A stretch of DNA of 64,000 bases from Myxococcota bacterium (GTDB taxonomy: Bacteria > Myxococcota_A > UBA9160 > JAFDDA01): assembly GCA_965228475.1 (NCBI GenBank), contig OZ245817.1, positions 1,664,001 through 1,728,000 on the forward strand. The letters run 5' to 3'. The notes beneath the pieces are model-generated. The model made no database searches. It was given only the letters and a program-made list of their open reading frames with translations, and was not told the origin of the DNA. The first letter of the stretch is position 1. Each line of letters begins with the position of its first letter. Both the position numbers and the translations under genes were made by a program. This document shows, one piece after another, positions 34,008 to 43,198 of this stretch.

Positions 34008-35144
34008 TCAGTCCGTCTCGATCTCGAGGATCTCGGTGCGGCCGGGTTCCTCGTCCCGCTCGCTGGCGGCGGCGCCTTCGAGGGAGAGCTTCGTCTGGAA
34101 GTCCGTCGGGTTGGTGGCGGCGTTCAGCGCCGTCTCCACCGAGATCTTGTTGGCGGTCACGAGGTCGAGCAGATGCTGGTCGAAGGTCTGCATCTTCTCG
34201 GTCTTGCCCTTGGCCATGAACTCGGTGATCGCCTCGTTCTTGGACGGATCCTTGATGCACTCGCGGATGCTGCGCGTGCTGCGCATGATCTCGACCGCGG
34301 GCACCCGCCCGGTCTTCTTCTTGTTGAGCAGCAGACGGAGCGAAACGACGGCCTTCAGGTTGTCCGCGAGCCGCGCCCGCACCTGGTTCTGCTCCTCGCT
34401 CGGGAAGAAGGAGACGAGCCGGTTGATCGTGCTGGCGACGTCGTTCGTGTGGATCGTCGAGAAGACCAGGTGGCCCGTCTCGGCGGCCTTGAGCGAGGTG
34501 TCGACCGTTTCGAGGTCGCGCATCTCGCCCACCATGATGACGTCCGGGTCCTGGCGCAGGGCGGCGCGCAGCGCGTCCGGGAAGCTCCCGGTGTCGGTTC
34601 CGATCTCGCGCTGGGTGACGATCGCCTTGTCCGGCTGGAACACGAACTCGATCGGGTCCTCGACGGTGACGATCTTGGCCTTGCGCGTGTGGTTGATCTC
34701 GTTGATCACCGTCGCGAGCGTGGTCGACTTGCCCATGCCGGTGGCACCGGTGACGAGCACGTAGCCGCGCCGGAGCGCGGCGAGGTCGGCGACGGAGGCG
34801 GGCAGGTTCAGCTCGTCCGCGCCCTGGACCTCGAGCGGGATCACGCGCAGGACGATGTTGTAGAAGCGGCGCTGGCGCGAGATGTTGACGCGGAAGCGGC
34901 CTTCGCCGGGCAGCTCGAAGGCGAGGTCGCGCTCGTTGAAGTCGAGGCCGAGGTCGCGCGGGTCGGACTCGACGAGAAGCTGGGCGATGCACTCCGTGTC
35001 TTCGGGGGTCAGCACCTTGTACCGCAGCTCGACCAGTTCGCCGTGGAAGCGGTAGAGCGGCAGATAGCCGACCTGGAAGTGGATGTCGGAGGCGCCCTTC
35101 TCGATCCCGAGACGCAGCAGCCGGAACAGTTTTTCGCGATCCAT
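34008..35144 (-). CDS. pilT: Type IV pilus retraction ATPase, PilT/PilU family
   Basis: ASDIH, GATGMGKST, TVEDPIE, LRQDPDVIMVGEMRD, STIHT, MQTFDQ. Confidence 0.92.
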   Translation of the reverse strand: MDREKLFRLLRLGIEKGASDIHFQVGYLPLYRFHGELVELRYKVLTPEDTECIAQLLVESDPRDLGLDFNERDLAFELPGEGRFRVNISRQRRFYNIVLRVIPLEVQGADELNLPASVADLAALRRGYVLVTGATGMGKSTTLATVINEINHTRKAKIVTVEDPIEFVFQPDKAIVTQREIGTDTGSFPDALRAALRQDPDVIMVGEMRDLETVDTSLKAAETGHLVFSTIHTNDVASTINRLVSFFPSEEQNQVRARLADNLKAVVSLRLLLNKKKTGRVPAVEIMRSTRSIRECIKDPSKNEAITEFMAKGKTEKMQTFDQHLLDLVTANKISVETALNAATNPTDFQTKLSLEGAAASERDEEPGRTEILEIETD

Positions 35145-35214
35145 CGAGGATCCCCTGGTGGAGGCTCTCGGGCCTCCTTGCGGAAGACATCGGATGGGAA
35201 CGTGCCCTGCTTGC

Positions 35215-35241
35215 GTATCGGCCTTTCGCCCCACGCCTTGA
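35215..35241 (-). promoter_or_regulatory. sigma28-type promoter of the pilT operon
   Basis: Minus strand TCAAG-N14-GCCGATAC, near consensus. Confidence 0.75.
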
Positions 35242-35331
35242 CTTCTTCTCCGTCCGCGGCCTGAGGCTTCGTCGCCCGCCGCGGCGGGGCGGATCCCGGG
35301 CGGGCGTGGGGTGGACGCTATACTCCCGCCC

Positions 35332-35853
35332 GTGCGCACGACCTTCTCGTGGATAACCCTGGCCTGGCTCGTCGCGGCGGCGCCCGTGGTGCTCGCGGAC
35401 GAGCCGCCCGCGGCCCCGCTGGGCGCCGGGGCAGCCGAGGCCGACGCGCCGGCCTCGAAGCCCGTCGTGCCCCTCGAGCGCCTCTTCGAGCTGCCGAGCG
35501 GCTTCGAGACCCGGCCCGTGGAGAGGCGGTCCGGGAAGGACGAGGCCACCTGGCGCCGCCGCTTCGCCGACGCCCGCTCGGCCATCTCCTCCTCCGAGTC
35601 CGCCCTGGCGGCCTCGAAACGGGAACTCGCCGATCTCGCCGAGGACTCCAATGCCTGGACCCTCGCTCCGCCCGTGGGTGTTCCCGCCCAGAGCCACGAT
35701 GCGCCTCTTTCCTACCAGCTCCGCCAGAAGATCCGGCGCCAGGAGGGAGAGGTGGCTTCGGCGAAGGAGCAGCTGCTGAACCTCGAGGTGGAGGCCAACC
35801 TGAAGGGCGTCCCCGACGAGTGGCGGAGCGTGGAAGCTGCTTCCCGAAACTGA
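35332..35853 (+). CDS. Secreted coiled-coil protein, unknown function
   Basis: Signal peptide; coiled coil; ends GVPDEWR; GTG 7 nt after TATACT. Confidence 0.7.
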   Translation: MRTTFSWITLAWLVAAAPVVLADEPPAAPLGAGAAEADAPASKPVVPLERLFELPSGFETRPVERRSGKDEATWRRRFADARSAISSSESALAASKRELADLAEDSNAWTLAPPVGVPAQSHDAPLSYQLRQKIRRQEGEVASAKEQLLNLEVEANLKGVPDEWRSVEAASRN

Positions 35854-36640
35854 CGAGGCCCTCCTGGCCTACGCCCAACCCGCCGGGCCGGCGCCCGGCG
35901 CGAAGGGTCTCTTCCCCGACGAGAGCTGGCTACGCCGTGTCTCCGGCTCACCCGTTGCGATCTTCGGAGGTGGTCGAGCACTCCTGCTCGAGGTGGCCCA
36001 TCCCTTCGTGGCGGCCGGCGTGGCGGAACACTCGGCGTATCGCACGGACCCCTTCGGCCGATTGCAACGCACCCTCGCGGCCATGTCGGCGATCACCTTC
36101 GGCACCGTCCCGGCGGCCCTGGCGGCAGCGCGCGGCGTCGAGCGTGCCCACGCGCACGTCGTCGGGACGCTCCCGGAGACGGTGGGGCGCTACCGGGCCG
36201 GAACTCCCTACAGCGGCCGCGATCCCGAAGCCGTGCGCTGGGTGTGGGCGACCCTCGCCGACACGGCCTGGTGCATCTACGAACGCTTCGTCGAGCCCCT
36301 CGACGCCGAGGCGTGCGAAGCCTACTACGCGGACCATCGGGTCCTGGCGCGGCTTCTCGGGGTTCCGGCCGAGATCGTGCCCGAAGACTGGCCGGGCTTC
36401 CGGGCCTACTTCGACGGCATGCTCGAGGGCGATGCCCTTGCGGTTTCGGCCCAGGCGCGGGACATCGCGCGCCACGTGCTCGCCGCGCCGGACCCGGTGA
36501 CGGGAGCGAAGGCCCGGACGATCACCGCCGGCCTGCTGCCCGAGGCCTACCGCACGGCCTTCGAGCTGCCGTGGGACGCCGCCGAAGCCGCGCGCTTCGA
36601 GGAGCTCATCGCTTCGGTCCGGCGCCTCCGGGCGGGCTAG
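35837..36640 (+). CDS. Oxygenase MpaB / DUF2236 family protein
   Basis: GLFPDESWLRRV..GGGRALLLEVAHP, DPFGRLQRT, WVWATL; probable CTG start after GGAG. Confidence 0.8.
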   Translation: MLPETDEALLAYAQPAGPAPGAKGLFPDESWLRRVSGSPVAIFGGGRALLLEVAHPFVAAGVAEHSAYRTDPFGRLQRTLAAMSAITFGTVPAALAAARGVERAHAHVVGTLPETVGRYRAGTPYSGRDPEAVRWVWATLADTAWCIYERFVEPLDAEACEAYYADHRVLARLLGVPAEIVPEDWPGFRAYFDGMLEGDALAVSAQARDIARHVLAAPDPVTGAKARTITAGLLPEAYRTAFELPWDAAEAARFEELIASVRRLRAG

Positions 36641-36710
36641 GGCGGGGGAGGGCGCTTGCGGGGCGCCCGGGGATCGGGCACCCTGCCGCCGCCGCAACCG
36701 AGGAGCACCC

Positions 36711-36854
36711 ATGGCCGACCCGCAGAACGAAGAAGAGAACGAGGGCGTCGTCGACACGACCGCGATCCTCTACATCGTGGGCGGAATCCCGGCCATGGTC
36801 GCCTACTTCGTGATCCTGTTCCTGCTGGCGCGCTGGTTCAACGTCGCCGCCTAA
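36711..36854 (+). CDS. 47-aa single-TM membrane protein
   Basis: GAGGAG RBS; MADPQNEEENEGVVDTTAILYIVGGIPAMVAYFVILFLLARWFNVAA; typical codon bias; not in the ORF track. Confidence 0.75.
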   Translation: MADPQNEEENEGVVDTTAILYIVGGIPAMVAYFVILFLLARWFNVAA

Positions 36855-37076
36855 CTAAGGGCGCCTCCGGCCCCGGCTCCCGCCTCTCCTGGGCCCGCTC
36901 TTGCCGGTTCATTTTCCCCTCATTTCAGTTGCCTTCGTCCCGCCGCCCGTCGATGGCGCAGGCGGCGCTGCAACGTGTGGGCCGTGAAGGGCTTTTCGTT
37001 TCTCCAGAGATCTTGACCTCGCGAGACCAGGCGCAGGCTAAACCCCACACTCCCGATTTCCGAAACCGCCTCTGTC

Positions 37077-37817
37077 ATGAGTGCGGTACTTCCCCAACAC
37101 CCCATTCGCCTGTGCAGCCTTCTGGTGGCCCTCTGGGCCCTTGCCGGTGGGGCGACCCCCCTGGCTCCGGTCAGCGCCGGCCAGGCCAACTCCTACGACT
37201 ACTTCGAGAAGCCGAGCGCCCTCGACCCGTGGACGCCGAAGATCCGCGGCTGGCAGCTCCGGGAGCGGGCCCAGCCCGAGATCACCGAGCTGGCCGACCC
37301 GCCGCCGGCCGTCTCGACCAGCGGGCGCCCGACCGTGAAGGTCCGCGGCGAGAGCCTGCGCGACCGCTACTTCCGCTACCGAAGCGACACGAAGCGCGAG
37401 ATGGCCCGGGAGCTCGTCGGCTGGATGCAGAAGATCGCGAAGCGTCACTACGTCGCCGACGGTCTGGTCGATCACTGGGCGACGCTCCAGGAAACCCTCG
37501 ACCGCAACGGCGACGACTGCGACGGCCTCGAGCTGCTCGCCTACCACTTCCTGCGCGACCACGGCTTCTCCGAGGATGAGGTGTTCCGCGCGATCGTCTA
37601 CCGCCCCGACGACGGGCAACACCACATGGTGACGCTCTGGTTCGAGGACGCGCGCGACCCCTGGGTCCTCGATCCGACGGGCGCCATGACGAGCGGCATG
37701 CCCCGGCTCTCGGAGCGGCCGAAGTGGGTTCCCCTGAAGGTCTTCACCGAGACCGAGCAGTTCACCGTCCGCGAAGGCAGCGGGCTCGATACGAACCGCT
37801 ACGCCCACCGCCGCTAG
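37077..37817 (+). CDS. Periplasmic transglutaminase-like cysteine peptidase (C93/LapG-like)
   Basis: Signal peptide; DHWAT..ETL...GDDCDG...HMV...VLD (Cys-His-Asp). Confidence 0.78.
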   Translation: MSAVLPQHPIRLCSLLVALWALAGGATPLAPVSAGQANSYDYFEKPSALDPWTPKIRGWQLRERAQPEITELADPPPAVSTSGRPTVKVRGESLRDRYFRYRSDTKREMARELVGWMQKIAKRHYVADGLVDHWATLQETLDRNGDDCDGLELLAYHFLRDHGFSEDEVFRAIVYRPDDGQHHMVTLWFEDARDPWVLDPTGAMTSGMPRLSERPKWVPLKVFTETEQFTVREGSGLDTNRYAHRR

Positions 37818-37892
37818 GTTCCCGGGCCGAGGCATCGAGCCCCCGGCCGGACCGTTGGCCCCCGCCGGAACCCTCGGTTAGCGTCCGACTCC

Positions 37893-38717
37893 GTGTCCGA
37901 CCTGCCGCCCATCGACCCCGAACGCCTGCGCGAGCGGCGCGAGCGCGTCTTCCTGATCCTGGCCGGGATCTTCCTCGGGACCCTGGCCCTGCTGAACGTG
38001 CTCGGGATCAGCCGCTTCCTGCGCCTCGGCCAGATCGGCGAGGGGCCCGACGCCTGGGTCTTCGCCGTGGCCGTCGGTGTCCTGCCCTATCCCGTGACGT
38101 TCCTCTGCACGGACTTCATCTGCGAGCTCTACGGGCGCCGGCGGGCCAACTTCGTCGTGTTCGTCGGCCTGATCCTGAACCTCTGGGTCGTCGCCCTGCT
38201 CTGGCTCGGCGGAGAGCTGCCGGGCTTCTCGGTGATCGACCCGGCGACGGGCATGCCGCCCCGGGACGCCGACGACTGGGCCTTCTTCCGCATCCGCGAG
38301 CTGACCTTCGGCGCCGTGGCCGCCTCGATGTTCGCCTACCTGGCGGCGCAGTTCTGCGACGTCCAGCTCTTCCATTTCTGGAAGCGGCTCACGAAGGGCC
38401 GCCACCTCTGGCTGAGAAACAACGGCTCGACCGTCGTGAGCCAGATCGTCGATACCACCGCCGTCATCCTGATCACCCACTACTACGCGAACGCGCTGCC
38501 GATCAACGAGGACGCCCCGTTGGCGCGCCAGCTCGCGACGTTCATCGCGACCGGCTACGCGTTCAAGCTCGTCGTGGCGCTGCTCGACACGGTTCCGTTC
38601 TACATCGGCGTCCACTATCTCTCGCGCTACCTGCGGCTCGAGCCCGGTGAGGAGAAGACGGGGCTCGAGCTCGGCATGTTCGGCGCCGAGGGCGAAGGCA
38701 AGGGGGACCCCCGCTGA
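37893..38717 (+). CDS. Queuosine precursor transporter (YhhQ/Vut family)
   Basis: YPVTFLCTDFICELYG, AYLAAQFCDV, LWLRNNGSTVVSQIVDT. Confidence 0.9.
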   Translation: MSDLPPIDPERLRERRERVFLILAGIFLGTLALLNVLGISRFLRLGQIGEGPDAWVFAVAVGVLPYPVTFLCTDFICELYGRRRANFVVFVGLILNLWVVALLWLGGELPGFSVIDPATGMPPRDADDWAFFRIRELTFGAVAASMFAYLAAQFCDVQLFHFWKRLTKGRHLWLRNNGSTVVSQIVDTTAVILITHYYANALPINEDAPLARQLATFIATGYAFKLVVALLDTVPFYIGVHYLSRYLRLEPGEEKTGLELGMFGAEGEGKGDPR

Positions 38718-39106
38718 GCGCCGCCGGGGAGCCCGGTCGACTGTTCGTCTACGGCACCCTGCGCCGGGGGCTCGCGCCGGCGCAGCTGGCCTGGCTCGAC
38801 GGCGTCGAACGCGAGCCGGCCGAGGTCGCGGGCCTGCTCCTCGACCTCGGCGACTACCCGGGCTTCCTGCCCGATCCCGGGGGCTCCGGCCGCGTGCGCG
38901 GGGAGCTCCTGGTCGTGACCGGAGAGCAGTGGGAGCCGCTCGATCGGTACGAGGGGTTCCATCCCGAGGATCCTGCGCGAAGCCTCTTCGTGCGCGAGCG
39001 GACGGTCGCCCGCGCGCCGTCGGGAGAGCATCCGTGCTGGATCTACCGGTACGCGGGCCCGCGTGCGGGGCACGACGTCGTGGCCTCGGGCGACTGGCTG
39101 GCCTAG
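38714..39106 (+). CDS. Gamma-glutamylcyclotransferase (AIG2-like)
   Basis: LFVYGTLRRG, DLGDYPG, VRGEL, LDRYEG, SGDW; CTG start overlapping the upstream TGA. Confidence 0.85.
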   Translation: MSAAGEPGRLFVYGTLRRGLAPAQLAWLDGVEREPAEVAGLLLDLGDYPGFLPDPGGSGRVRGELLVVTGEQWEPLDRYEGFHPEDPARSLFVRERTVARAPSGEHPCWIYRYAGPRAGHDVVASGDWLA

Positions 39107-39113
39107 GCCGGCC

Positions 39114-41306
39114 CTAGGGTGCGCCTTCCACGTCGAGCTCGAGCTCCTTGCGCTGGCGCTCGGCCTCGGCCGCGGCCTTGGCGCGCTCGCGCTGGATCTC
39201 GACGAGGAGTTCCTTGCGCGCGGCCTCGGCGGCCTCGCGCTCCACGGCGATGCGGCCCCGCCGCAGTTCGAGCAGCTTGCGCTCGAGGAGCCGGTTCTTC
39301 TTGCTCACGAGTTCGCGCGGCACTTCGGGGTCCGCCTCGCCGGGCGCGTGCTGCAGGGTGACCTTCTGGCGCGCGACGCGGCCGTCGTCGGCGCGGGCGG
39401 TGACCTCGATCTCGTTGCGGCCGACCTCGAGCGGAACGAGCGCCGTCCAAGAGCCGTCGACGTTCAGCTGGACCTGCTCCGCCACGTCCCCGGTCGTTCG
39501 GTTCGTGAGCTCGACGCTCTCGATCTCCGTGAACTTCACGACCTCGACGACCTGGACGAGGTCGCCCGGGTCGCGCACCGGGGTGAAGAAGCCGTCGGTG
39601 CGCTCGGCCATCTCGACGACGGCGACCGGGCCGGCCAGGGCCTCCTGGCCGAGGGCGAAGGAGTGGATGCGCAGGCCGCCGCGGCGCGCGCGCTCCGCGG
39701 CCCGGAAGACGGCTTCGACGTTCGCCCGTTCGAGGTGGTCGTAGGGGAGGGTGGGCTGCCCGTCCGTGAAGAAGAGCACGATCTTCTCCGCCTCGGGGTC
39801 GACCTCGGAGAGCGAGCCCTGAAGGCCGAGGAGCTCGATCGTGGCCTGGTCGACGCCCGCGGCCATGTGGGTGAGCCCGCTCGGGCCCCGTTGGAAGACG
39901 CGCTTCAGGGCGGCGTCGACGAGCTCGTAGTCGCGCGTCAGCGGCTCCTCGGTGATGGCGGGCTGCCGCCGTCCGCCGCCGATGCGGAAGACGCCGGGCT
40001 GCGGGTCGTGGGCCGACTCCCCGGCGAAGGTCACGAGGCCGACCCGGGTGCTGCGCGGATCGAGCCCGAGCAGGAGCTGTCGCGCCGCGAGGATCTCGGC
40101 GGCCAGCACGGAGTCGCCCGGGTCCGTCATGCCGAGCCCGAAGATCCCGCCGACCGGGCCGAGAGGGAGCTTCCCGACCCTGCCGTCCCCGTCGACGTCG
40201 TGGCCCGTCGGCTCGTGGGTCGAGCCCGAGGTGTCGATCACGAAGATCACGTCGAACTTCTTGAACTCGCCGTGGACGGCCATCGCGCGGCCGGCCAGGA
40301 AGGCGCCGGCCCGGTTGCCGACGACGGCTTCTTCGCCGGGATACTCGACGGCCAGGCGCAGCTCGCTCTCGCCGACGCCCTGGTCGACGTAGCGGCGCGG
40401 CGGGGACGGGCGCGAAGCCGCAGCGGTCGTGGTCCGGTTGCTCGAGGCGACGGGGACCGGCCGCATGCGCTTCGGGTCGGGGACGCCGTCGTCCTCCTCG
40501 GCCTCGCGGTCGAAGGGGTTGCCCTTGGGCGGCGTGAGCTCCCAGGCGTAGTTCTCGTAGTGGGAGAACGGCTGGCCGAGCCCCTTGGCCAGCGGCGTCT
40601 TCAAGGCGTCGAGGACGCCGTCGATCGGTGCGATGCCGAGGCGGTAGGTTCCGCCGATGGGCCACGCGCCCTCGAGAATGCCGAGCACCCGGCCCGACCC
40701 CTCGGCCACGACCGGCGCTCCGCCCCAGCCGCGCAGGTCCTCCGGCGCGTCGAGGTCCACCTCGATCCGTTCGTTGCTGACCTCGACGAGCGTCCCGCGC
40801 AGCTCGGTCTGGTCGCTGCGCCCGACGTTCGGAATGCCGAGGATGCGGACCCGCTCTCCGGCGCGCGGAAGCTTCCCGACCGCCGGGTCGAGGATGCGCA
40901 CGCCGCTCGGCGCGAGGTCGAGGGCGAAGACGATGAAGTCGCCGCGGAGCGTGCCGCCCGGGAGTCGGAAGGGTTTGCCCGGCTTGGCGAGGTAGCGGCT
41001 GGCGACCGAGACCTGGGTTCCGGAGCCCGGCAGCATGAAACGGACCTCGCCGGCCTGCCCGAGCTTCTCGAGGTCGAAGGAGTGGGCGGCCCCGACGGCC
41101 ACGAAGCCGACGTCGTCGGCCGGGACGTCCTGGGGAAGCGCCAGGAAGAAGACCGTGCTGTGGGATTGGAGCTCTCCCCCGTGGTGGTAGGTCGGGCGCG
41201 CTACGGCGGGGGCGCTCTGGGAGCCAGGCTGGGCGGCCGCCGGCGCCGCCGCGGCCAGGACGAAACAGAGGGCCAGCGCGGAGCGGAGTGCGGGGCAGCT
41301 CGTCAT
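39114..41306 (-). CDS. Secreted protein: degenerate trypsin-like domain + vWA (MIDAS) + Ig-like strands + coiled coil
   Basis: Signal peptide; IDTSGST, T and FFTDG MIDAS residues; LVPLEVGRNEIEV; charged helical tail. Confidence 0.82.
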   Translation of the reverse strand: MTSCPALRSALALCFVLAAAAPAAAQPGSQSAPAVARPTYHHGGELQSHSTVFFLALPQDVPADDVGFVAVGAAHSFDLEKLGQAGEVRFMLPGSGTQVSVASRYLAKPGKPFRLPGGTLRGDFIVFALDLAPSGVRILDPAVGKLPRAGERVRILGIPNVGRSDQTELRGTLVEVSNERIEVDLDAPEDLRGWGGAPVVAEGSGRVLGILEGAWPIGGTYRLGIAPIDGVLDALKTPLAKGLGQPFSHYENYAWELTPPKGNPFDREAEEDDGVPDPKRMRPVPVASSNRTTTAAASRPSPPRRYVDQGVGESELRLAVEYPGEEAVVGNRAGAFLAGRAMAVHGEFKKFDVIFVIDTSGSTHEPTGHDVDGDGRVGKLPLGPVGGIFGLGMTDPGDSVLAAEILAARQLLLGLDPRSTRVGLVTFAGESAHDPQPGVFRIGGGRRQPAITEEPLTRDYELVDAALKRVFQRGPSGLTHMAAGVDQATIELLGLQGSLSEVDPEAEKIVLFFTDGQPTLPYDHLERANVEAVFRAAERARRGGLRIHSFALGQEALAGPVAVVEMAERTDGFFTPVRDPGDLVQVVEVVKFTEIESVELTNRTTGDVAEQVQLNVDGSWTALVPLEVGRNEIEVTARADDGRVARQKVTLQHAPGEADPEVPRELVSKKNRLLERKLLELRRGRIAVEREAAEAARKELLVEIQRERAKAAAEAERQRKELELDVEGAP

Positions 41307-41426
41307 GCCCGGCAATCTAGCGCGCCTGCTTGGCGGAGCGTCTGCGGGCCGTGCGCTGGCTTGACGCGCAGGGGGTGTGCCATACCGTAGAGGTCCCTCC
41401 TCCTGATCCTCCAGGAGCGCTGTCGC

Positions 41427-42326
41427 CTGTCTGTTTCAGACTCCGCCTCGAACGCGATATTCGAGTCGATCCTTGCGGAACTGCGCCGAAAGGATGGGGG
41501 ACTTCCCGTGGCCCACGTCGCGCGGGCCCTGCTCGCGGCCTCGAGCGCGCCCCCCGAGCCGCTGGCCCGCCAGATCGTGGGAGCCGCTCTGGGACGCCCG
41601 CCCTCGGCGGTGCCGGCCTGGCTCCAGGCGGAAGACCTCACCGTCGAATCGCCCGAGCCCGACTGGAGATCGACCCCGCTCGCCCGGGCGGAGTTCCATG
41701 TCGTCGATCTGGAAACGACGGGGCTCTCGCGCCAGTGCGACATCCTCGAGATCGGGGCCGTCCACCTCGCGGCCGGGCGCCGGGTCTCGCAGTTCTTCAG
41801 CCTGGTGCGTCCGGCCTCGGGGCGGGTCCCGGTGAAGATCACGGCCCTGACCGGCATCGACGATTCGCTGGTTCGCGATGCGCCGCCCCAGGGCGACTGC
41901 CTGCGCCGCTTCCGCGCCTGGCTCGACCGCTCGCCCGGCGCGGTGTTCGTCGCCCACAACGCGCCCTTCGATTCGGGCTTCGTTCGCCGCGGCTTCGCTC
42001 GCTACGGGCTCCCGACCCTCGCCGCCCCCGTCCTCTGCACCCGAAAGCTCGGCCGCCGGGCCGTGCCCGAACTGCTCCGCTACGACCTCGACCGCCTCTG
42101 CGGCCACTTCGGAATCGACAACGGCGCCCGCCACCGCGCGACCGGCGACGCCTCGGCGACGGCGGATCTCCTGCTGGCGATGCTCGAGCGGCTCCCGGGC
42201 GAGGTCGCGACCCTCGGCGATCTGTTCGACCGCCTCGCCGCGCCGCCGCCTCCGCGCCCGGGCGCGAAGCGCAGCCGGAACCGCCGGTCTCGGGCGAAAC
42301 CCCGTCCGCCGGCCCCGAACGCCTAG
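41427..42326 (+). CDS. DEDDh 3'-5' exonuclease (DnaQ/PolC-like)
   Basis: VDLETTG, VAHNAPFD, HRATGDA; start is CTG 41427 (after AGGAG) or GTG 41508. Confidence 0.88.
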   Translation: MSVSDSASNAIFESILAELRRKDGGLPVAHVARALLAASSAPPEPLARQIVGAALGRPPSAVPAWLQAEDLTVESPEPDWRSTPLARAEFHVVDLETTGLSRQCDILEIGAVHLAAGRRVSQFFSLVRPASGRVPVKITALTGIDDSLVRDAPPQGDCLRRFRAWLDRSPGAVFVAHNAPFDSGFVRRGFARYGLPTLAAPVLCTRKLGRRAVPELLRYDLDRLCGHFGIDNGARHRATGDASATADLLLAMLERLPGEVATLGDLFDRLAAPPPPRPGAKRSRNRRSRAKPRPPAPNA

Positions 42327-42339
42327 GGGCAAGGGCCCA

Positions 42340-42367
42340 TCCAGCGGCGGCGGAAGGGCGCCGATGT
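42340..42367 (+). promoter_or_regulatory. sigma28-type promoter of motAB
   Basis: TCCAG-N15-GCCGATGT. Confidence 0.5.
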
Positions 42368-42433
42368 AGCACTCGTACCTGACCCGGTTCCGGCCACGCT
42401 GGCCCGGAACGGAGCGCGACGAGGCGGTTCGAA

Positions 42434-43192
42434 TTGGACCTCGCAACCATTATCGGCCTGATCACGGCCTTCGCGTTGATCATCGGCTCGATGCTGCTCG
42501 GTGGCTCGCTCTCGGCCTTCGCCAACGCTCCCGGTCTGTTGATCGTGGTCGGCGGCACGTTCGCAGCGGCCTTCATCAACCAGCGCATGACCCACGTGCT
42601 CGGGGCGTTCAAGGTCATGCTGCAGGCGTTCTTCGACAAGACCACGCCCCTCGACGAGCAGATCCCGATCATCATCGGACTGGCCCAGAAGGCGCGGAAG
42701 GAAGGTCTCGTCGCGCTCGAAGGCGAAGAGATCTCGGACGAGTTCCTCGCGCGGGGCGTGCGCCTCGGTGTCGACGGCCTCTCGCCGGAGATGATCCGCG
42801 CCACGCTCACGAGCGAGCTCGCCGCGGTGAAGCGCCGGCACGAGCGCGGCCAGAAGCTCTTCAAGTTCATGGAGGCGACGGCGCCGGCCATGGGCATGAT
42901 CGGCACCCTGATCGGCCTGGTGCAGATGCTCCAGACCCTCTCGGACCCGTCCGCGATCGGCCCCGCCATGGCGGTCGCGCTCCTCACCACTCTCTACGGC
43001 GCGATCCTCGCCTTCGTGATCTTCGGGCCCATCGCCTCGAAGCTCGAGGGGCGCACCAACGACGAGGTCGCGGCCAAGAGCCTCGCGATCGCCGGCGTCG
43101 AGTCGATCCTCAAGGGCGACAACACGATGCTCATCCAGTCGAAGCTCGAGGCCTACCTCTCGCCCATCGAGCGCGAAAAGAACGCCGAGTAG
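42434..43192 (+). CDS. motA: Flagellar stator A subunit (PomA-like)
   Basis: MDLATIIG, ARKEGLVALE, APAMGMIGTLIGL, GPAMAVALLTTLYG. Confidence 0.95.
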   Translation: MDLATIIGLITAFALIIGSMLLGGSLSAFANAPGLLIVVGGTFAAAFINQRMTHVLGAFKVMLQAFFDKTTPLDEQIPIIIGLAQKARKEGLVALEGEEISDEFLARGVRLGVDGLSPEMIRATLTSELAAVKRRHERGQKLFKFMEATAPAMGMIGTLIGLVQMLQTLSDPSAIGPAMAVALLTTLYGAILAFVIFGPIASKLEGRTNDEVAAKSLAIAGVESILKGDNTMLIQSKLEAYLSPIEREKNAE

Positions 43193-43198
43193 CCGGCG

